DNA of 64,000 nucleotides from the NCBI GenBank assembly GCA_951406725.2, contig OX597821.1:74710001-74774000 (forward strand), given 5' to 3'. The DNA comes from Octopus vulgaris. Its lineage: Eukaryota. A program made the position numbers and the translations under genes. Below, in pieces: positions 44,395 through 59,663 of the stretch; position 1 is the stretch's first letter, and every line of letters starts with the position of its first letter. The notes under the pieces were generated by a model, which had not been told where the DNA came from, did not search any database, and saw nothing but the letters and a program-made list of their open reading frames with translations.

Positions 44395-44395
<1 letters not shown>
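43604..44395 (-). mobile_element. R4/Dong-like LINE 3' fragment with zinc knuckle and RLE endonuclease (third family)
   Basis: FILAAQDQSLLTRNY, CRFC..ETVDHLISG, RHD, ILWDFPVHTDRTIKANKPDIVVKD..LIDMSIP..KYKDL..PVIVGALG. One frameshift near 44160-44175. (TAA)n on both sides. Confidence 0.9.
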
Positions 44396-44472
<77 letters not shown>

Positions 44473-44504
44473 CATTATTATTATTATTACTATTACTATT
44501 ACTC

Positions 44505-44572
<68 letters not shown>

Positions 44573-44593
44573 GTTATTGTTATTGTTATTGTT

Positions 44594-44808
44594 AAGGTAG
44601 TGAGCTGGCAGAATCGTTAGCACGCCGGGCAAAATGCTCCACGGCATTTTGTCTGGCTTTACATTCTGATTTCAAATTCCACAAGGATCGACTTTGCCTT
44701 TCATCTTTACTTAGTCGATAAATTACGTACCAGTGAGAAACTGGGGCAGACGTAATCGACTGGTCCACTCCCCCAAATTTCAGGCTTGTGCCTATAGCAG
44801 AAAGGATT
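44594..44808 (+). mobile_element. SINE family B
   Basis: TGAGCTGGCAGAATCGTTAGCACGCCGGGC head and core. Confidence 0.8.
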
Positions 44809-45740
44809 GATTACTTAATAAATGTATCTACCTATCTATGAACTTTCCCTCAACTGCTGACGTTATTTTCCATTGGGAACGAAACCACAACGCCATAGAA
44901 ACCATAAAGAAACCAATGACGTAAGTAGCATGTTCAACCAGGAATTGGTACCTGGTTGGTTTGAGGAATGGCTTCTACGTTATTTTACTGCACTCAATAC
45001 AACAAATCTTGAATATCGATTTCCGTTTATGCTTTACTTGGAACTTATTTTGTGGACTCAAGGCAGAAGCGATTTGTATACACCATGTCATTTTACCCAA
45101 AAAGCATAAAGTGACAAAATTAATACTGCTAGAAATTTAGATCGGCACCCGGCCATTTAACCTGTTTTAAATCAACTATGATATCAGGCGAATTAGTAGC
45201 CAATATCTCACTGTGAAAGATTGTATTTTCTTTTAGATATCCCATATTACAGTATCACCACTCTGGAAAATTAGAATAAAATAAATTCTTTTAATAGAAT
45301 CCAAGAAAGACTCTAGAATTATTTTGTGTGAATGTACACGAACTTGAACCATTTAGTGAATTTGGTTCAGTAGTTTGTCGACAGATGCCATAACTTTTTT
45401 TTTTTTTGTTTTCGTGGGTTTTTAAGCTTAACCAGACATAACCACTGAGCCAAGTATGTTGAAATCATTTTTAACTAGAAGTTCTCAGTAATTCGATTCA
45501 GCAATGTCTTGTCTCATTATACGTCCGGCTCCTTTCATTATTTTCTCCTATCCCCAGGCACCACATGGTGCTAAAAGTTTGCTGGTGACGACAGAAGTAA
45601 TTGGCTTAATCACGTAGCGATAAATTACTAGGACTTAAATTAATAAACCTCAATGGTATTTGTTTTTTGTTTTGCCCAAGACGATCGTAAAGTGACAGAC
45701 CTATCATCAAAGACGTGCCATCCATGAACAATGACACCCA

Positions 45741-45790
<50 letters not shown>

Positions 45791-45817
45791 TCTCTGTTTC
45801 TTACACACATACATATG

Positions 45818-45975
45818 CGAAGGGCTTCTTTCAGTTTCTGTCCACCAAATCCACTCACAAGACTGTGGTCGGCCCTAGGCTGTAGTAGAAGATGCTTACT
45901 CAAGGTACGACGCAGAGGGGCTTAGCCCGAATATATGTCGTTGGGAAAGAAGCTTCTTATCATAAAGCCACGCCT
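45818..45975 (-). mobile_element. SINE family A 5' half, diverged
   Basis: GGGCTTCTTTCAGTTTC..CCAAATCCACTCACAAG. Confidence 0.65.
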
Positions 45976-47401
45976 GGAACCTATTTTTAGGTTTGGTAGG
46001 TTTTGAACCGAGCCTGTTAGAGGGTTAAAATGGAAAACTCTGAAGCATTCAGCCCAACAAACTACTGTTTGTGCTAAACTACTGGTCCCTGTAACGTTTT
46101 CAGAAACTTCATATCATATCATATACGCAAGCCTATTGCCCATTTTTTTTAGGAGGGAGCAGTCACATCAAGACAAACATCAGACATTCTATTCATTTCC
46201 CAAACGAATAATGTTTACAAGACTGAAAATAGATTTGCTGATACACATATCCTTATCGTAACCTCGTTGTATCCATGGCTCAACGTATCATTCACATTTG
46301 AAATAGTCCAGATCAACCCGCTGAAAGCAGGTGTTGCAAGTAGAGACACTGCGCCGTTCCAAACAGCTGATGCATTCTAAAATGTTTACGAGATTTGTTT
46401 ACTTAGAGTTGCATTCATCTCTTACCTATAGGGATGACTTAAAGAAAAAAAAAACAACGAGAAAAGCTTCTACGGAGTATGTCGACACCCTGAGAATTAT
46501 AAACACTTATACAAAGAAACACACACACACACACTAATTTATATTTATATATATGTACACACACACACATATATATCATACATCATTTTTACTGGTGTAA
46601 CTCGCTTGAAGTAAATAAAGTTATGAATGATAGTCTGTAGAATGATGTTGGGTAAAAAAATTTTCATTTAATGGATAAGACGACAGCTGCCAAATAATAT
46701 ACGCGCCGCACGCAGACACAGAGACACATAGACATATACACACACATAAATATATATACACATACACACACATAATTATATGTATACATGCATGTGTGCG
46801 TCTGTGTGTATGCGTCAAATGTTAAATATGTGTACATATATAAATTTATACACAAACATGCCTATATTTGTATGTATATCTCATATATTTCGACACACCT
46901 GAATGATTTTCCTTTCATTGGAATCATTGCCCAGATAATAATTCGTATTCTAAAAGATGTGAAATATTTGTTGAATAGAATAAGGCTTAGCATAGAGAAG
47001 ACCCAGTCAGTAAAAACCTGTGTCAATACATGGCCATAAATTTGATTTCTGCTCGAGTTTTTATGCTGTGTATAATGGATTTTGCCTTTTATAGTTCCTC
47101 TCTGATCACAAGTGACATTGTTACTACAATAAACTGTTATTCTTCTTGTAGGTTAATTCATGGCTGAAAAATATTGAATAGTGAAATAATAGATGGGTAA
47201 GTAGACTTCGAAATTCCAGCGCTTATTTAGGTTAATGTTGCTTATACTTTTCTTTATCGTTATAATCTATTGTTAAAATAATGTTGCTTTCCTTAAAATA
47301 TTATCTATTTCATATCTTACACGTAAGTACTAAAGGTGCTGGTAGGATAAGGGCTTCTAGTGATACACACACAAACGCACACACTCACACACACACACAC
47401 A

Positions 47402-47474
<73 letters not shown>

Positions 47475-47735
47475 CACGCATATTCTCATTCCTCATTTTC
47501 TCAAGGTCGTATTCAAACATCATTCGTCTGGGAATGAATTGAAAGAGGTTCATTGACGCATTTTTAAAATGTATTAATCAGAAGAAGAAAAGGCAACGAC
47601 CAGAATCATTTAAGGGTCTCTGTGATAGGTGGAACAAAAAGGGCGAGATATCATCACAGAGGAGATGGCCTGAAAGGTTGCATCGTTGTGGGTGTAATGC
47701 TGAAGTTACCCAAGGGCCAGACGGCGGTGTTAAAC

Positions 47736-47784
<49 letters not shown>

Positions 47785-48342
47785 GTACTTTAAGTGATGT
47801 AGAACTATGCTGTTTGGCCCCAGGTCATTTTAAAATAAAATGAAGAATAATTCATTGGAACGATCATAACCAGAAGTTCTTTTTCTCTCAGCCAGTCCTA
47901 ATCGATTAGGTCGATAGATCGAATGCATTTCAATCTTGAGCATTATATACTTCGAATCACATTATCCAATATGCCCTCTTTTTAAGACAGGAGAGTGATA
48001 TGATAAAGATTTAGGTGTTAATTCTAGCTGATAGAACGACAACGTAGAGACAGTATTGTTTGACAGGTTATCGATTTCTGAACCGATATTTCCTTGGTCA
48101 CTCTAACACTCTGACATTTCAGGTCCTTTGGCGTCCGTTTCGGACCTTCTATTGTCCATTATCATAAAGCAGCGAGTTGGTGGAATCGTTAGCACGCTGG
48201 GCGAAATGCTTAACAGTGTATCGTCTGTCGGTACATTCTGAGTTCGAATTCTGCCGAGGTCGATTTTGCTTTTGTTCATTTCGCGGTCGATACCAGTCGA
48301 TGTAGTTTACTAGCATCTCTCAAATGAACGGTTATTTTTATA

Positions 48343-48703
48343 GGCGCAGGAGTGGCTGTGTGGTAAGTAGCTTGCTTACCAACCATGGTTCCCTGTCCAG
48401 TCCTACTTTGTGGCACCTTGGGAAGCGTCTTCTACTATAGCCTCGCGCCAACCAAAACCTTGTGAGTGGATTTGGTAGATGGAAACCGAATGAAGCTCGT
48501 CGTATATATACATATATATGTGTGCGTGTGTATGTGTCTGTATTTGTCACCCAAACATCGCTTGACAACCGTCGTTGGTGTGTTTACGTCTCCGATGGAA
48601 TAAGTACTAGGCTCACAAAGAATAAGTCCTAGGGTCGATTTGCTCGACTAAAGGCGGTGCTCCAGCATGGCCACAATCAAATGACTGAAGCAAATAAAAG
48701 AAT
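48343..48703 (+). mobile_element. SINE family A, near full length
   Basis: GGCGCAGGAGTGGCTGTGTGGTAAG...CTAAAGGCGGTGCTCCAGCATGGCC. Confidence 0.85.
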
Positions 48704-49721
48704 ACATTTCCAAAGTGGAATAATCGAAGTGTAAAGCGGCAAAAACTGCTTCGATTTTTTTTAATAGAAAGTAGTTTTGTGCCTCATCTCAAAACCACTT
48801 CGTATTGACAAATGTAATGCCTGAAAATGAATACTGAAGTTTTATGAGTGGTAATGTCAAATACGACGAACAATAAAAAAGAAAAGCAACAATCTACTCC
48901 ATATTGGTATGTAAAATACAGATAATATAAAAAGGAAACCACAGTTCAGTTTTTACAATTGGGTTTTTTTCTTGTTGATATTTCTTTTTGTTGTTGTCAC
49001 ACGCGTAATTCGCGTGATTTGGATATCGTAGGACAATTTCATTGACGAAAAAAAAGGGCGACTTGTAAGCAATCTGATCAGAAACAACAACAGAAAAACG
49101 TAACGAGTTTGTCTCACACCAGGAAGGAAAGCGACTTAAAAGACTAATACAGACAACTTATTCTTTAAAGCAAAGTTCATATATTGTAGTGTTTGTTTGT
49201 TTAGTTGCAAGCGACTTAGTTATATATCAGATGTCACGTTTCCACAACAATGCTAACTCCTGAGGAGGTGGCTAACCAATAAAGGAAGCTGATACAACCA
49301 TTGAAAAACGGTGACAGATACGGTAAGCAGAAGGGCCGACAGGAAAATCAATGAATGGTGCCAGGGAAAGAAGCAATATTCATTCAAAACCTACAACAAC
49401 GGATATATCGTTTCATACAGTATCGTAAATTCGTACGTCATCATATAATCCGATTGTATGTATATTTAGAAAGCGTACAGCGTGTGGATGTTATAGGCGT
49501 TACTCTAGGCCAGAGAAGCACGCACGCAAATACAAACACACACTCAGAACACATACCATATTCACTCTATTCAATATTTCGCCTTTGAAACTAAGCCTTT
49601 TTTTTTTCACCTTACTGTTATCGTTATCATTTGAACCCATGAATAGAACTATCGCTAAAGGAACTACAACATTGACCATCTCATTCTTCTGGGTATTTCT
49701 TAACCAAGTCTTCATTATCGT

Positions 49722-50030
49722 AGAGGCACATGGCCTAGTGGTTAGAGCAGCAGACACGCGGTCGAGGGATCGCGGGTTAGAATCTCAGACCGGACGATGT
49801 GTGTGTTTATGAACGAAACACCTAAGCTCCACGTGGCTCCGGCAGAAGCTAATGGCGAAACGTCTGCTGACTTTTTCGCCACAACTTTCTCTCACTCTTT
49901 CCTCCTGCATCTTGCAGCTCACCTGCGATGGACCGTCGTCCCGTCCAGGTGGGGAACCTGTACGCCAAGAAACCGGGAAACCGGCCCTTATGAGCCAGGC
50001 ATGACTCGAGAAGGAACAAACAAAACAACA
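49722..50030 (+). mobile_element. SINE family C (head 1 + tail 1)
   Basis: GAGGCACATGGCCTAGTGGTTAGAGCAGC...GAAGGAACAAACAAAACAAC. Confidence 0.8.
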
Positions 50031-50477
50031 AATTCTTCATTATCGAACTTGTCCATCTATTTTCAAGAGGGTAGGTTGTACTTTGAGAGAGACTTAACTG
50101 CTATATTTAGCAGGTTGATCAACTCCTTAAACGCTCGTAATCGTTGACTATTTGCTTTCAATGACAGCCTTAAGTAATTTAACTCCATGTGTTCCTATTA
50201 ATTAATCTGCCTTTAGACATTTTACTAATTCATTATGTTTTTATTTTTATTACTTTAATCGATGTTTTTGGTCTGATTTAATTAATGTTGTACACCTTGT
50301 AATCTTGTAATTAACGGGGAAACTAAATGATGGATTGTAACACGTCATCTCAACGTATTTTATATAGGAAAAGACTAACAGATTATTATAATTATTAGTG
50401 TTAAAATTATTAATCTTATTTTCATTAAACACAGCACCTACGTCGCGGGATGCAACAAAGTGTCAGAGCCAGTGGGT

Positions 50478-50586
50478 TTTCTTCTTCTTCTTCTTCTTCT
50501 TCTTCTTCTTCTTCTTCTTCTTCTTCTTCTTCTTCTTCTTCTTCTTCTTCTTCTTCTTCTTCTTCTTCTTCTTCTTCTTCTTCTTC
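50478..50586. repeat. (CTT)n microsatellite
   Basis: Pure trinucleotide run. Confidence 0.95.
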
Positions 50587-53545
50587 TTTTTCATCATCAT
50601 CATCACCATCAAGGCAGCGAGCTAGAAGAATTGGGTGTATGGTACTTTTCTTCGCTCTGTTGTAATCTAAAGCTCCTATAATTAACAAGGCGCTTTTCCT
50701 CTTACAAAAGTATTTAGGGAAGAGAAGCTGTCACCTCAAGATTGTGCTCCCTCTCGGTAGGACATCTAGCGGGTGTTAATTTGTGTCATTTCGAATGAAA
50801 GTGGTAACGAAGAAAGTGGAAGTTGTGATCTGTGGAAAATCCCCTCATGATCAGGCCAGAGAAGGCGGAAAGGATCCCTGGTTCCTTTGCTCAGAGGAAT
50901 GAAACTGCGTATGGGAACGATGGACAGCCAAACAAACAGAAAAAAAGACGCAAAAAAAAAATTGCATTTGCTCTGAACGGGCCACACAACCTCACCAGTA
51001 TCACTGAAACCACCACCGCATCAGAGACAAATACGCCAGCACCACCACCAACAACATCCGTCTCAACCAAAGCATTGAAACAGTGGGAGCTGTCATCAGC
51101 TTCAGTACTTTTAAAATGCTCAAAACTTTGAAATTTATGAGGTTGGACTTCAGGACATAAAATATTAAGGAAGAATTTCTAAAATGATGTGGGAAGTCTA
51201 TTTCAAAGGTTTTCGTACAGAAATTCTGAAGGAACAAAATTAGCAATGAAAAATCATGGAAATTGTCAGTCTTAGGGCGATACGAGGAGATGGGACATGC
51301 AAAGTTTTCATTCTCATAATTAGAAGCGATCCAGGAGATCCAAAAGACACGTCTCGCCGTCACAACCTGCACAGACAGGTAAACCGAACCACCACCACCA
51401 CCACCACTACCACTACCACCGCCACCGCCACCACCAACACAACCACAACAGCAACAACACTTGAGCATTGTACTGCACAATAGGTTCGAACGCGGAACCA
51501 TGCAGCTATGAAGCGGTTTCTTGCTACACCTCCAAGTGCCTGCATTACGGATACTCATTTTAGAAACATAATACCGAAGATTTGAAATCGGAATTCTGCT
51601 GTGTTCTGGTGACTCGGCTTATTATAACAAAGGATGCCCTCTGGTATGAAACTGAAATTTGACGGGTCCCATTATACCATTTTCTAGATTAAAACCCAAA
51701 TTCGAATTACTTTTCGTTTGGATGAGATAGCAAATTTTCTCTCCAGAAGTTTTCACATTCAAAAGGAAAAGTGAACGTTTATTGGTTGAAATATACCGCA
51801 AATGAATTCTGCGACCAAGTCTTCAGCAATGCTATCATTCTTTTAACACTACATAATTTCCTGCAGCTAGTTTCAGTAGTGATTCTTACCAAATAATTAT
51901 TAATTTATTTTCTCAGCCGCTTTGCAATTTATATATCCACTAAAATGTAACTTAACTTCTTAAAGATGGCACATTAGATAATATGTCTGAAGGCAAAACA
52001 GGATTATCAAGGATCGAGATATTTTAAACAGAGATCAGCTCAGTCAGGTCTGACCTAGGGCTAAACCAACTTCGACAGCAACCTAATTAATAAAGTTAAT
52101 CGTTTTCTTAATTCACACATTTATTTCTTCAATTCTGTTTTAAAAATAAAACTCAAGCCTAAATTGCTCGGCCTCTATTTGTTATTAAATAATTTTGGTG
52201 TATTTATGATAAATATGTCAAAAATAACACAGCATATTGAATATGTTAGCAATTTGCTGGGATAGAGAGCTATGGATGCATCGAAACTGGCATAGAAATG
52301 ATTTATCATACCCAAGAGATATTAATTTTACAAAGGAGAGAGAGGGAGAGAGAGGGAGAGAGAGAGAGAGAGAGAGAGAAAGAGTTGAGCATCTCTATAT
52401 GATTCACATCAACTGATATATTCACAGGTGCTTCAGGTTTGAAAAATATCTTTTGCGCTCCACATTCTTCCTTTGGAGACTGTTTTTGTTTTCAATCAGT
52501 TTTTACAGTTTTCTACTTTTCTCCAGATATTCTACGTTTTTTGTTGTTGTTGTTGTTCTTCTTCATTTCTCTTCATTCCCTTACTTATTTTTCAATTTTC
52601 TTCCGAGTTGTCATACTTCTTTCTGGAAAACATAAATAGGTTCTATAGTAAATACTTAAGGGAAAATACAACTGTGAGTAAAGAGATAAATAAAGCTTTA
52701 GACGAACAACCCATGAGTATATCATTACATTCTTGATTTGAACACTGTCCTAGCATATTCCTTTTGTTGTCACTCTAATGTACTGCTGGTAATGAGTAAC
52801 CTTTTTTACCGACTTTTTTTTTATGTTGTTTCAGCGTAGTTTGCTCTTGTCAACATTAATTTTTTATAGTTTCACTAAATTGTTTCAATGATATGTTGAA
52901 TATTTAGCCAATGTTGGCATATAAATTTCTTTGGGAAATCCGGATACAACGACAAAAGGGAAAATTTCTTTAAAGGGCTGAGATTTCACGTAATTAAACA
53001 CCGTCTTCTCGGTAGCGAGAATTTCTTGTTTTTGAATATATCACGTGCTGAAGTTCTTCTTCATAAATTACTTTAAGTCTTCTCTCTGTAGCTGTAGAAC
53101 AATGCAAAAATACCTGCTCGGTGCAATATTTTACATCATAGCTTTCATGGACTTCTAAAAATGCCAAAATCTTACACTTAATGTAATAAATTCTAATCAG
53201 AATAACGAATATCGCACTTACAAGTTGCACGACTGTATTTCATAGATAGAAACAATCGATCAAGCGGTCGGGAGTTCGTATATTGTCATCGAAGCTATGC
53301 TCCGACCGTAGTCAAGACTTTTACCAGATCAATACTTTTATCTAGAAATAGCTACAAAAACATAACTTTCATCAAAAGGCGCAATTAACCATCTTTCAAC
53401 TGCGTCTGCCTTTAATTGCGTACACCGCATTTAACTTAAAACACCTCAAACTATTAATCTGTAATTTCAGAAAAGACTTCGTCAACATTCAGTCAGTTTA
53501 TTCTCATCTGGGTAGAAGACGTATTTCCAAGCAGACACGCCACTT

Positions 53546-53922
53546 AGTTGTTTCTTTATTACCTATAAAAGGCGTACAGAGATGGGGAGTCATGTTAAAC
53601 GGATGGTTACACGATGATCTGGAGTCATGTTAAACAGATGATCTGGAGTCATGTTAAACGGATGGTTACACGAATAAAATGAATAATGGATGTAATACAA
53701 TTTACGCAACAAACACAAAGGGACCCATGAAGCTAAACAGACAGGTTTGCCGACCCCACGAGCCCTGTCTTATTAGCTGACACTTTATGGTAGTCCTTAT
53801 AGCGTGTTCACGCCGGGCCTTTCATACCCAGCATTCTTGCGACATGCATCCATCTTTTTTTAAACATGCATTCTGACAGACACCTCCTTTCTAGCCCCAA
53901 CTTTCTTTTTAGAAGACATACC
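53546..53922 (-). mobile_element. Probable L1/Tx1-like LINE 3' end
   Basis: Minus strand LLKRKLGLERRCLSECMFKKRW..., resembling a Tx1-type C-terminal E....F..RW. 3' UTR has a short tandem duplication (53581-53673) and AATAAA near 53552-53557. Confidence 0.4.
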
Positions 53923-54949
53923 ACTTAGTAAGAACATACAATTGGTCATTCTACTTATCTCTAAGAATGTACAGCTTGTGGTATTCTTCGTTCTAATCTA
54001 ATCTTATTAAAGAAAGAAGTTCTCTCTTCCACTTATAGCCATCCCTACCAAAATAAAGACTGGTTTGATGCATCCTGGAGTTGTGAGAAGAATCTGAGAT
54101 TGAAAACTGCCGAAGTAGCAAATGAATTGTGGAGCAAGTAAAAGACGGGATATTCATATCTAAAGTGCCATTGACCAAAAATATGTTCGACTGGGGACTA
54201 AAAAACAAAAGTATCCACGGAAATTAAATCTAGAGAAAATTAAGAAAAATCTGACCGAAATATAAACTATTGAGTGTTGTAGTTTGACGGTCTTCTCTTC
54301 GAGGCATCCATCAACGATCAACGCCATCTAACTTTAAACACATAGCTTCACTACTGATCGATTTTGTAAATGTATACGTCAGCATTCTCTTTTTTTACAT
54401 GTACATTGTGAGCCATTACTGATACAGTCCAGTGGCTTCTAAACTGACAATTACCAGCTCATCTCCTGCCTACCAGAAAATATTCATAAAGTATTTGGAT
54501 GTCACCTCTTTCATTTATGAAAATAGAGAATAGAGTTTGCATCCACACAGTTCGTTTTCCGCCACTGTGTTGGGCAACTGTCAAAAATTTAAACTCATGT
54601 CAAGTTTATTACACATGACATTTTGTCACACCTTTTCAGTCGTCACAGAATTCCTTGGGGAGAAATACTGACATACTCAACAGGATGTGAAGTTGGCACT
54701 TAGACGCATCGACTGTTCACGTCTGCGAGATAAGCCCCTGCAACATAATGTAGCTCGCAATATCCCAGATTATCTAAGCTGTAAATAAGTAGCACTAAAA
54801 TGGAATGAGTGATTTGGTAATCTATAGAACAGAGTTCAGATCCGAAGTTTGTAGATAGAACATGTGATAAATGTTTGTCCTAAACAGGAAATTGATAGAA
54901 ATAATACATTTTAAAATCTCTCAGAGAGATTTATACAGTAGCAGCACGA

Positions 54950-55146
54950 TAAAGTGATGGTATGCTGTCAACTTAATGTGACAGTCCCATGAAAGGGAAG
55001 AATGCTACTGCTATTTAACCCTAGGAAACACTGTTTCCTGTTGGCTCTGACACATTTCCTGTGTCTTTATGTTTTCAAAGAGGAGATAAGCACTTCCACC
55101 CAGCAAAGCCAGCATAACATAAAGTTGACAACATACTATCATTTTA
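54950..55146. mobile_element. MITE with ~30 bp TIRs
   Basis: TAAAGTGATGGTATGCTGTCAACTTAATGT versus ACATAAAGTTGACAACATACTATCATTTTA. Confidence 0.6.
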
Positions 55147-57374
55147 GGAATTGTATTGGCTTAAAAAACCGAATACCGTAAAATATTCGATGATTTTCCT
55201 ATACTCAAGAGTTACAAATGAATACAATAATAAATGGTTTCATACAAAACCCAGCCTGCAGAAATTTATGCTCTCAACTTCAAAACACAATCTTCCCCCC
55301 AGGCTGATTACAGTTACCGAGTCTTCTTCTCTTTTCGAAAGAATCAATGAAATGTATTAATGTGAAATAAGTTCAATCTGGAATAGATTACGCCTATCTC
55401 AGCTTTCTAAATCCTGTCACCGAGTACATGCATAAACTGTTAGCCCAGATGAAGAAACTTCATATTAAATGAATACAACTTATGGGTTTCATTTTGGTGG
55501 AACGCAATTACACTTCTCTCACAGCTTGCCACAACATATACCAAATTGTAAGAGAAGAGTATTTGTTCCAATGTAGAATTGAAACCGTTCTGTGAACTTG
55601 GCTTTCTAAGGGCTCCGGTTTTGTTGTTGTACTCTTAGTATATTTTACGTGAACTTTTGACAACGATAATGCTGTAACGTCGATGTCGTCTTGACTTTGT
55701 GAAACAAACTTCACTTTGCAGTACCTGGTTGTTTCCTGAAGACAAACACATCTGTTTCTCGTGGCCAGGTGTACACAATCTGTGTGAGTAGAATACACAA
55801 GAGGAAGAAAGATAGCATTTGACTTTAAAGAAAACATGAAACCAAATGAAAACAAATATGTCAAATAATAAGTAAATAAACAAACAAACAAGCTTCAACG
55901 AATATCGACAATTTGGTGATCTTTACGTTCGTCACGACTTGGAGATTTTTACATCTGTTGGCTGACACGGGACTTACTTCCACTCGTATAAAGATGCCTT
56001 TTTTTTAGTTATTGTTCGTGGACAGAATAAGAGTGCAGCGGTCAAACAGAATTTTCCAGTAAATATTGTCTAACAAATACAGATTGACCTAAAAAAAAAA
56101 CCAAGTAAATAACAAGGGTAAAGCCGTCACTTTATTGTACCTGAGAAATTTTGCTTTATTATTAGCAAATTAAAACTAAAAGTGTGTTGAAAAGTTTATA
56201 CATAGTGATTATCAAAATTTTGTGAATGAACATTAATTACGGATTATTTTATTGCTTTTTTTTATTTGTTTTAGTAAAATGATAACAATTTTAAAATGAA
56301 ATTAGCTTTGTATTTTAAATTAACTTTTGTGCTATTTTGGAATGAAAGAAACAAAAATGAAGACACCATTTCAGAGGAGACAATGGTCTTGTTAAGTTGC
56401 GTTAGATAAACACGACAAAACTTACTCTGGATCAGAAATTATTCTATTTGAATAAAATTTACGAATGCAAAACCAAATTCCGAGATTATGCGTCACAGTA
56501 TCAAGCATAATGCTAGAGTAACGACTATAATGATGTTGAGTTCAAATATCGCCGAAGTCAATGCTATTCTTCATACTTCCGGTTGTTGACTACAATAAGG
56601 TACCACTCATAAACTGGGGTTCATTGTTAATCAATTCTGACCTTGCTGCCACAAAACGTGTATGACATTTTGCCTATGGTGAAAATCGATATTATATGCA
56701 TAGTTCGTGAACGACAGATTAGTGGTTCGCTTCAAACAAAAACTATTCTCAAGAACGACTAGGTCAGCATCGAAGAAAATATTATATACACTTCCACTTG
56801 CCCAACTGATTCGTGTAATTATATAATTTGCTATCTCGGCGATTTACAAGAAACATTTTGTTTAAAAAAAAATAACACCAAATAAAAAAATAACAATGAA
56901 ATAATAAAGAAAAAAAGAAAACTTACTTCTTTCCGTTTCATTTATTGTGAAAGGTGGGTCTGAAGAATAGAAAGACTGAGAGATAAAGCGAATGTTAGCT
57001 CTATCATAGTTACCGAATGAAATGGTCCGTTTTCATGTTGATACAGGAGACTGGCTAATCTTGTTTGATCTGAGCCGTAACAGGAGATTGCAGCGATAGA
57101 TGTTCAACTGTAAAATGTTATTATTATAGATGTCATGCAACATAAATCACCAATAAATGTGATGGAATGATACGTTCTGTAGACTTTGATGTTAGTTACA
57201 TCTTAAGGTCGGCATTCGTTTTACGGCAAAAACCTACCAAACTCGAGGATCGATACTGACTGGTACAGCTTTCGCGCTGAAACTATGCTGCTAATACTAA
57301 AAATAATAGTATATGCATGTATGGTATATATAAAGATATGTATGTATACGTGTGTGTATGTATCTATGCAAGTG

Positions 57375-57439
<65 letters not shown>

Positions 57440-57505
57440 ATATGTATATATGTATATGTATATTTATGTATATTTGTATGTATGCGTGTATGTATGTATC
57501 TATGC

Positions 57506-57551
<46 letters not shown>

Positions 57552-58580
57552 ATGTATATGTATATGTATGTATATTTGTATGTATGCGTGTATGTATCTA
57601 TGCATGTGTATATATATATATATATATATTTATGTGTGTATGTATATGTATGTATGCGTGTATGTATGTATCTATGCATGTGTGTGTATATATGTATATA
57701 TATATATTTATATGTGTGTATGTATGTGTATGCATATGTATGTGTATATGTATGTGTATATGTATGTATATTTTGTATGTGTGAATATATATATATATAT
57801 ATATGCACAAGTACACACACATACAGGCATACATGTATGAAAAGTAGGAGGATAGTCGTATTTTTAAAGAGGGAAAACAACTTAGAGGCTTATTGGATGC
57901 TAGTTCATCATTATTCCCATGGCTACCGCCACCACCTCCGTCGTATTCGTCAAAGACAGCAGCAGCAGCAGCAGCAACGACGGCAGCAGCAAAATCAGAA
58001 GCAGTAACACTGACAGCATCAATTGCTAAATAGGTAACTTCTCTTATTATTTGTAGTATTAATGTCAACTTACATATCCGATTCGATTATGATTCATACA
58101 AAGAGAAAGATATTTCTGGAGCTATATATACACAGAACGACAACTGTCTCATAATCACACATACATACGTGTATGTGTGTATGCGCGTCGGCACGTGTGT
58201 TCGTGTGTGTGTGTGTGTGTGTGTATACCATGACAAAGTCAATAAGCTCTTTGCTATTGCTCATGCCAGTCTTGTGAAAGGCATGAACACCGCATCGCAC
58301 CTTTCCAGTCCCTAAGTTAAAAGATCTCTCCACCTGTTAATGGCTTTTTTACCCCCTCATCTCAAAAGCTGGTGTAATTAACCCTCATTTAATGCACTAA
58401 TGCGCCCGTCATTGTTCTAATGGGTCGCACGGTTAAATGATCGTTGAGTGTGGGGTTGCGGGTTGGTGGGCGTTTTTCTCCTTTTAATGTTGCCGACAAT
58501 ATTTTTCATGATCATAGACGGAGTGGTTAGAATTTTTGTTAATTTTATTTGTATATATATAGTGTATATATATATATACA

Positions 58581-59626
58581 CTAGCAGAGATACCCGGCGT
58601 TTCCCGGTTACATTCAATTGAAGAATTAGACTTTTCTGTTATATTTTCTGAGTGAACTGGAATATCTATGTTTCGAATTTCATCAAAATTGCAGATAAGG
58701 GTTATTTCCCTCTTTACACATCCTAAAAAAATTGTAATCGTGCCACATGGAAACCAAAAGACGAATGATCACAATAAGCAGTCAGTTACCCTACCTTGGT
58801 CGTTACCACTCCCAATGTAGGATTCGTCACCATCCAGGTGACAGGCACAGCGGTAAGATGCATTACGAATCTATAGCAATTGGAAGGGCGTGACCCAACT
58901 GAAATCAACATTAACAACTGTGTGACGTGAGGGCTTACGAGAAATTTAAGTGTCACCTCTGGAGTTTGCAAATGAACACTACAGTGATACGTAACTGGAC
59001 AGAATGAATTTAAAATCTATAAATGTCTTTGAATAACCAGTCACTCATCTGGTAAGGCCTTGAAATCAATGTTACTATCTGGGGACTATGTGTGACCGAG
59101 TGATAATAAAAAGACTGAAAGGAGGTCTGCAATCAAATAACTTTATTCAACACTTTGCAACTGAATCAGTGGAGACAAAGATGCCTCTCATTTACTTAAT
59201 TTATGCACCACATTGCAGAAATCACAATGTAAATGTATGTCAAAGCAAACTGTTACACTGTTGTACCATTGAATTAGAAATAATGCCCAACTTTTATGCT
59301 CGGGTAACCCTACAGCTTCCAAGAGCACAACTGTATTCGTTTTTACTTAGATAAAATGACAAAATTGTGGATGTTAAATCCCCATGGAGGGGTCTTCCTA
59401 ACTTTGTAAGAAGATGAAATTTTATAGATATTACTTTATTTGTGTCTAATATCTATGGTTAAAATTTCATCAACAGCAAAAATATATGAATTGTCATGGG
59501 GATTATGTCCCTTATGCTTAGAATATAATTTCCAAATTTCGTAAAGATCCATTCAGTACTTTTGACCTAGTTTTAGATCATAGAAGAAATGACTAAAATT
59601 TGGGAGTTAATGCTCCCATTAGGGTG

Positions 59627-59663
<37 letters not shown>

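Noticed and set aside
50760-51400. Possible exons or HDV-like ribozyme; CTCF-like GACATCTAGCGG
   Set aside because: No recognisable protein, no nested double pseudoknot could be built, and a single motif match is uninformative.
57880-58010. Poly-Q coding stretch
   Set aside because: Short (CAG)n at the end of a microsatellite-derived ORF, with no exon evidence.
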